Sequence record: JQ966307.1
Source of the DNA: Escherichia phage MS2
Strand: one strand, 5' to 3'
Length of the DNA stretch: 3,525 nucleotides
Shown here in pieces: positions 1-3,525 of this stretch. Within the stretch, counting starts at the first letter, position 1. Each line of letters starts with the position of its first letter. The notes beneath the pieces are model-generated. The model worked only from the letters and a program-made list of their open reading frames with translations, was not told the origin of the DNA and did not search any database. The translations under genes were made by a program, and so were the position numbers.

Positions 1-131
1 GGGTGGGACCCCTTTCGGGGTCCTGCTCAACTTCCTGTCGAGCTAATGCCATTTTTTTAATGTCTTTAGCGAGACGCTACCATGGCTATCGCTGTAGGTA
101 GCCGGAATTCCATTCCTAGGAGGTTTGACTC
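1..131 (+). other. 5' untranslated leader of an ssRNA phage genome, including the 5' terminal hairpin (about 5..23, GGGACCCC-UUUC-GGGGUCC) starting with GGG
   Basis: Seen in sequence: the window opens GGGTGGGACCCCTTTCGGGGTCC, an 8-bp G/C-rich stem around a UUUC loop. Established knowledge: this is the characteristic 5' end of MS2-group genomes, whose minus strand then ends in the CCCA-complement used by replicase. The leader runs up to the first gene start at 132. Confidence 0.85.
118..123 (+). promoter_or_regulatory. Shine-Dalgarno sequence (AGGAGG) of the maturation gene, 8 nt upstream of the AUG at 132
   Basis: Seen in sequence: AGGAGG at 118..123, then an 8-nt spacer and ATG at 132. Established knowledge: in MS2 this SD is sequestered by long-range pairing with an upstream complementary sequence in the leader. 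A CUUCCU stretch around 30..36 is a plausible partner, but that pairing is inference. Confidence 0.75.
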
Positions 132-1313
132 ATGCGAGCTTTTAGTGTCCTTGATCAGGAGTCCGAGACCTTCGTCCCTAGCGTCCGCGTTTATGCGGAC
201 GGGCAGGTCGAAGATAACTCGTTTTCCCTAAAATACCGCTCGAACTGGACTCCCGGTCGATTTAATTCGACCGGGTCTAGAACGGAACAGTGGCACTATC
301 CGTCCCCTTATTCTAGGGGTGCGCTCAGTGTCACATCGGTAGATCAAGGTGCCTACAAGCGCTCTGGGTCATCGTGGGGTCGCCCGTACGAGGAGAAAGC
401 CGGTTTTGGCTTCTCACTCGACGCACGTTCCTGCTATAGCCTCTTCCCTGTTAGTCAGAATCTGACTTACATCGAAGTGCCGCAGAACGTTGCGAACCGG
501 GCGTCGACCGAAGTCCTGCAGAAGGTCACTCAAGGAAATTTCAACCTTGGTGTGGCCCTAGCAGAGGCCAGGTCGACAGCCTCACAACTCGCGACGCAAA
601 CCATTGCGCTCGTGAAGGCGTACACTGCCGCTCGTCGCGGCAATTGGCGCCAGACGCTCCGCTATCTTGCCCTAAACGAAGATCGGAAGTTCCGATCGAA
701 ACACGTGGCAGGCAGGTGGTTGGAGTTGCAGTTCGGCTGGCTACCGCTCATGAGCGATATCCAGGGCGCATATGAGATGCTTACGAAGGTTCACCTTCAA
801 GAGTTTCTTCCTATGAGGGCCGTACGGCAAGTGGGCACTAACATTAAGTTAGATGGCCGTTTGTCGTATCCAGCTGCAAACTACCAGACTACGTGCAACA
901 TATCACGACGAATCGTGATATGGTTTTACATAAACGATGCACGTTTGGCCTGGTTGTCGTCTCTAGGTATCTTGAACCCACTAGGTATAGTGTGGGAAAA
1001 GGTGCCTTTCTCATTCGTTGTCGACTGGCTCCTTCCTGTTGGGAACATGCTCGAGGGCCTCACAGCCCCCGTAGGATGCTCCTACATGTCTGGAACAGTT
1101 ACTGACGTAATAACGGGTGAGTCCATCATAAGCGTCGACGCTCCCTATGGGTGGACGGTGGATAGACAGGGCACTGCTAAGGCCCAAGTCTCAGCCATGC
1201 ATCGAGGGGTGCAATCCGTATGGCCAACAACTGGCGTATACGTGAAGTCACCTTTCTCGATGGTCCATACCTTAGACGCGTTGGCATTAATCAGGCAACG
1301 GCTCTTAAGATAG
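132..1313 (+). CDS. mat: Maturation (A / assembly) protein, 393 aa; pilus-binding minor virion protein of ssRNA coliphages
   Basis: Seen in sequence: 393-codon ORF, ATG at 132, TAG at 1311..1313, preceded by a strong SD. The translation (MRAFSVLDQESETFVPSVRVYADG...HTLDALALIRQRLLR) matches the MS2 A protein as I recall it in length and along most of its length, with differences mainly near the N-terminus. First gene in the canonical levivirus order. Confidence 0.95.
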   Translation: MRAFSVLDQESETFVPSVRVYADGQVEDNSFSLKYRSNWTPGRFNSTGSRTEQWHYPSPYSRGALSVTSVDQGAYKRSGSSWGRPYEEKAGFGFSLDARSCYSLFPVSQNLTYIEVPQNVANRASTEVLQKVTQGNFNLGVALAEARSTASQLATQTIALVKAYTAARRGNWRQTLRYLALNEDRKFRSKHVAGRWLELQFGWLPLMSDIQGAYEMLTKVHLQEFLPMRAVRQVGTNIKLDGRLSYPAANYQTTCNISRRIVIWFYINDARLAWLSSLGILNPLGIVWEKVPFSFVVDWLLPVGNMLEGLTAPVGCSYMSGTVTDVITGESIISVDAPYGWTVDRQGTAKAQVSAMHRGVQSVWPTTGVYVKSPFSMVHTLDALALIRQRLLR

Positions 1314-1324
1314 AGCCCTCAACC

Positions 1325-1328
1325 GGAG
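1325..1328 (+). promoter_or_regulatory. Coat gene ribosome-binding site (GGAG) 8 nt upstream of the coat AUG
   Basis: Seen in sequence: GGAG at 1325..1328 and ATG at 1337 within AACCGGAGTTCGAAGCATGGCTTCT. Established knowledge: in MS2 the coat initiation region forms a hairpin that sets coat translation efficiency. Confidence 0.7.
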
Positions 1329-1336
1329 TTCGAAGC

Positions 1337-1729
1337 ATGGCTTCTAACTTTACTCAGTTCGTTCTCGTCGACAATGGCGGAACTGGCGACGTGACTGTCG
1401 CTCCAAGCAACTTCGCTAACGGGGTCGCTGAATGGATTAGCTCTAACTCACGTTCTCAGGCTTACAAAGTAACCTGTAGCGTTCGTCAGAGCTCTGCGCA
1501 GAACCGCAAGTACACCATTAAGGTTGAGGTACCAAAAGTGGCTACCCAAACCGTCGGTGGTGTACAGCTTCCTGTAGCCGCATGGCGTTCGTACTTGAAT
1601 ATGGAATTAACTATTCCTATTTTCGCAACGAACGACGATTGCGCGCTTATTGTTAAGGCGATGCAAGGTCTCCTAAAAGATGGAAACCCGATCCCCTCAG
1701 CAATCGCAGCAAACTCCGGAATCTACTAA
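1337..1729 (+). CDS. cp: Major coat (capsid) protein, 130 codons (129-aa mature protein after Met removal); also the translational repressor of the replicase gene
   Basis: Seen in sequence: ATG at 1337, TAA at 1727..1729 immediately followed by an in-frame TAG at 1730..1732 (tandem stops). The translation MASNFTQFVLVDNGGTGDVTVAPSNFANGVAEWISSNSRSQAYKVTCSVRQSSAQNRKYTIKV... matches MS2 coat as I recall it at all but about 3 positions. The supplied ORF (1220..1729) begins at an upstream in-frame ATG, but the genuine start is the internal ATG at 1337 with its own RBS. Confidence 0.97.
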   Translation: MASNFTQFVLVDNGGTGDVTVAPSNFANGVAEWISSNSRSQAYKVTCSVRQSSAQNRKYTIKVEVPKVATQTVGGVQLPVAAWRSYLNMELTIPIFATNDDCALIVKAMQGLLKDGNPIPSAIAANSGIY

Positions 1730-1907
1730 TAGATTCCGTCCATTCCAACATGAGGATTACCCATGTCGAAGACAACAAAGAAGTTCAACTCTTTATGTAT
1801 TGATCTTCCTCGCGATCTTTCTCTCGAAATTTACCAATCAATTGCTTCTGTCGCTACTGGAAGCGGTGATCCGCACAGTAGAGACTTTACAGCAATTGCT
1901 TACCTAA
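1680..1907 (+). CDS. L: Lysis protein L, 75 aa, single-gene lysis protein with a C-terminal transmembrane domain; +1 frame, overlapping the coat 3' end and the replicase 5' end
   Basis: Seen in sequence: ATG at 1680, TAA at 1905..1907, 75 codons, in a different frame from both coat and replicase. The translation METRSPQQSQQTPESTNRFRPFQHEDYPCRRQQRSSTLYVLIFLAIFLSKFTNQLLLSLLEAVIRTVETLQQLLT has a hydrophobic C-terminal half and an LS dipeptide in a Leu-rich stretch. Established knowledge: this matches the position, size and sequence of MS2 L, whose translation is coupled to coat termination. Confidence 0.9.
   Translation: METRSPQQSQQTPESTNRFRPFQHEDYPCRRQQRSSTLYVLIFLAIFLSKFTNQLLLSLLEAVIRTVETLQQLLT
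1748..1766 (+). promoter_or_regulatory. Coat-protein translational operator hairpin (TR) enclosing the replicase start codon; also the capsid packaging signal
   Basis: Seen in sequence: ACATGAGGATTACCCATGT at 1748..1766. It folds as a 5-bp lower stem (ACAUG/CAUGU), a bulged A at 1753, a 2-bp upper stem (GG/CC) and an AUUA loop at 1756..1759, with the replicase AUG at 1763..1765 in the 3' arm. Established knowledge: this is identical to the wild-type MS2 operator as I recall it. Confidence 0.93.
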
Positions 1908-3400
1908 GAGACGAATTGCTAACTAAGCATCCGTCCTTAGGAAATGGTAATGACGAGGCGACCCGCCGGGCTCTAGCTATCGCTAAGCTCCGGGAGGCGA
2001 ATGAGCGGTGCGGCCAGATTAATAGGGAAGGTTTCTTACACGATAAATCCTTATCGTGGGATCCGGATGTTTTACAAACCAGCATCCGTAGCCTTATTGG
2101 CAACCTTCTCTCTGGCTACCGCTCGTCGTTGTTTGGGCAATGCACGTTCTCCAACGGTGCCTCAATGGGGCACAAGTTGCAGGATGCAGCGCCTTACAAG
2201 AAGTTCGCTGAACAAGCAACCGTTACCCCCCGCGCTCTGAGAGCGGCACTACTGGTCCGAGACCAGTGTGTGCCGTGGATCAGACACGCGGTCCGCTACA
2301 ACGAGTCATATGAATTTAGGCTCGTCGTAGGGAACGGAGTGTTTACAGTTCCGAAGAATAATAAAATAGATCGGGCTGCCTGCAAGGAGCCTGATGCGAA
2401 CATGTACCTTCAGAAAGGAGTTGGCGATTTTATACGCCGTCGTCTCCGCTCTATCGGTATCGACCTGAATGATCAAACGATCAATCAGCGTCTTGCAAAA
2501 CTTGGCAGCATCGATGGTTCTTTAGCGACGATTGATTTATCGTCTGCTTCTGATTCCATATCGGACCGCCTCGTTTGGGAATTCCTCCCATCGCAAATGT
2601 ACGCGTACCTGTCGAAAATTCGTTCGTCACGAGGAATCGTTGACGGACGTGTAGTCGACTGGCACCTATTTTCCACAATGGGTAATGGTTTTACCTTTGA
2701 GCTAGAGTCCATGATATTTTGGGCAATAGTCAAGGCAACTATGATCCATTTTGGTAACCTTGGAACAATTGGCATCTATGGGGACGATATCATATGTCCC
2801 ACAGAGATTGCACCTCGTGTGCTAGAGGCTCTCAGCTTCTACGGTTTTAAACCGAATCAGTCGAAGACGTTCATCACGGGTCGCTTTCGCGAGTCCTGTG
2901 GTGCACATTACTTCGGCGGTGCTGATTGCAAACCGATTTATATCAAGAAACCCGTTAACAACCTCTTCGCCGTCTGTCTGTTACTCAACAGGCTACGCGG
3001 GTGGGGTGTTGTGAACGGAGTGTCAGATCCTCGCCTCTTCGAGACTTGGAAATGGCTATCCGAACGTGTTCCTTCGATACTTTTCGGTGGGTCTAACCTT
3101 GATGCAGACTACTACGTGGTTAGTCGTCAGGAAGCTAAAAAGCGTTACGAGAGTCACCCATCTTATGGGCGCACCCTCTCTCACTTTCATAGCACTCCTC
3201 ATCGGCTTTACCGCGTGCCCGTATCTAAACGTGAATTTTCTCCACGTGAAGAATCCGGTCGCCTCATCACTTGGTACCATAATGGTGGTCAAGTTATTGA
3301 CACCACTACGACCCCAAGGGTTCGCCTTGTGCGAACGTCGGAATGGCTAACAGTGGTGCCACTCTTCCCTCAGGAAGATGGCAACTGCGAGCTCTCCTAG
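1763..3400 (+). CDS. rep: RNA-dependent RNA polymerase (replicase beta subunit), 545 aa
   Basis: Seen in sequence: 545-codon ORF, ATG at 1763 inside the operator hairpin, TAG at 3398..3400. RdRp motif A (IDLSSASDSISD, about 2531..2566) and the catalytic motif C YGDD (2777..2788) are present, with STMGNGFTFELES between them (motif B-like). The N-terminus MSKTTKKFNSLCIDLPRDLSLEIYQSIASVATGSGDPHS matches the MS2 replicase as I recall it. The C-terminal roughly 100 aa look more diverged. Confidence 0.97.
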   Translation: MSKTTKKFNSLCIDLPRDLSLEIYQSIASVATGSGDPHSRDFTAIAYLRDELLTKHPSLGNGNDEATRRALAIAKLREANERCGQINREGFLHDKSLSWDPDVLQTSIRSLIGNLLSGYRSSLFGQCTFSNGASMGHKLQDAAPYKKFAEQATVTPRALRAALLVRDQCVPWIRHAVRYNESYEFRLVVGNGVFTVPKNNKIDRAACKEPDANMYLQKGVGDFIRRRLRSIGIDLNDQTINQRLAKLGSIDGSLATIDLSSASDSISDRLVWEFLPSQMYAYLSKIRSSRGIVDGRVVDWHLFSTMGNGFTFELESMIFWAIVKATMIHFGNLGTIGIYGDDIICPTEIAPRVLEALSFYGFKPNQSKTFITGRFRESCGAHYFGGADCKPIYIKKPVNNLFAVCLLLNRLRGWGVVNGVSDPRLFETWKWLSERVPSILFGGSNLDADYYVVSRQEAKKRYESHPSYGRTLSHFHSTPHRLYRVPVSKREFSPREESGRLITWYHNGGQVIDTTTTPRVRLVRTSEWLTVVPLFPQEDGNCELS

Positions 3401-3525
3401 TCAGCACGGCTAGGGACCCCCGTAATCGGGGTGGGTGCCGCGAAAGCGGCTATTCATCGTAACAACGATGGATAGGAGTAATCTCCTAATTTGGTGACTA
3501 ACTTTGCTTGGCTAGTCACCACCCA
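3401..3525 (+). other. 3' untranslated region (125 nt) with a series of stem-loops, ending in a 3' terminal hairpin and single-stranded CCCA
   Basis: Seen in sequence, successive hairpins: about 3417..3433 (CCCCG-UAAU-CGGGG core); 3437..3450 (GCCGC-GAAA-GCGGC, a GNRA tetraloop); 3455..3470 (CAUCGU-AACA-ACGAUG); 3473..3488 (UAGGAG-UAAU-CUCCUA); and the terminal hairpin 3493..3520 (GGUGACUA ... UAGUCACC, 8 bp) with a UGCUU-containing loop, followed by ACCCA. Established knowledge: MS2-group genomes end ...CACCACCCA with a terminal hairpin whose UGCUU loop forms a long-distance pseudoknot with the replicase coding region. Confidence 0.8.

Noticed and set aside
893-1105. 70-aa alternative-frame ORF embedded in the maturation gene.
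   Set aside because: It begins at a GTG with no recognisable SD, is wholly inside a well-supported gene, and has an Arg/Cys/His-rich composition typical of off-frame translation.
1220-1336. Upstream in-frame ATG at 1220 that would give a 169-aa N-terminally extended coat protein (the ORF-track entry 1220..1729).
   Set aside because: This stretch overlaps the 3' end of the maturation gene and lacks its own RBS. The ATG at 1337 has a GGAG 8 nt upstream and gives the canonical MASNFTQ N-terminus and the 129-aa mature coat size. The open frame upstream is a by-product of the overlap.
2001-2240. 79-aa alternative-frame ORF inside the replicase gene, with a GGGAGG just upstream of its ATG.
   Set aside because: The GGAGG-to-ATG spacer is only about 3 nt, the ORF is embedded in the replicase core, and no such gene is known in MS2-group phages. 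It is most likely a chance ORF, though some ssRNA phages do hide small lysis genes in alternative frames, so conservation across relatives would be the test.
1900-3292. Four minus-strand ORFs (1900..2103, 2481..2678, 2485..2775, 3056..3292).
   Set aside because: For a plus-strand ssRNA phage the complementary strand is only a replication template and is not translated. All four lie antisense to the lysis/replicase coding region and have low-complexity, Arg/Ser-rich translations.
3066-3350. 94-aa alternative-frame ORF at the replicase 3' end with a hydrophobic stretch (APSLTFIALLIGFTACPYL) resembling a transmembrane segment.
   Set aside because: It starts at GTG with no SD. The genome already has a canonical L lysis gene at the expected position. 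Off-frame reading of coding sequence often yields hydrophobic stretches.
1-3525. A DNA-encoded element: mobile element, CRISPR array, tRNA/rRNA or defence island.
   Set aside because: There are no repeat-spacer arrays, no inverted terminal repeats, no tRNA-like cloverleaf with an anticodon arm and no integrase or transposase ORFs. The whole window is accounted for by one compact RNA phage genome with intact termini.

Overview
The window reads as the DNA copy of a complete, end-to-end plus-strand genome of an MS2-like (group I Emesvirus/Levivirus, family Fiersviridae) ssRNA coliphage, not as a new biological system. It begins with the 5' GGG hairpin and ends with the 3' terminal hairpin and CCCA. 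All four canonical genes are present in canonical order and overlap: maturation (A) protein 132..1313, coat protein 1337..1729, the +1-frame lysis protein L 1680..1907 spanning the coat-replicase junction, and the RdRp beta subunit 1763..3400. The 19-nt coat-protein operator hairpin at the replicase start (1748..1766) matches the wild-type MS2 sequence as I remember it. Every gene coordinate is exactly +2 relative to the MS2 reference layout as I recall it (130..1311, 1335..1727, 1678..1905, 1761..3398), which fits a longer T-run in the 5' UTR. The points worth a second look are differences from MS2: an AUG rather than GUG start on the maturation gene, a 3' UTR about 46 nt shorter than MS2's, a few coat and L-protein substitutions, and stronger divergence in the replicase C-terminus. 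All comparisons to MS2 are from memory, not from a database search, and should be confirmed by alignment. Minus-strand and embedded alternative-frame ORFs in the supplied track are judged spurious.
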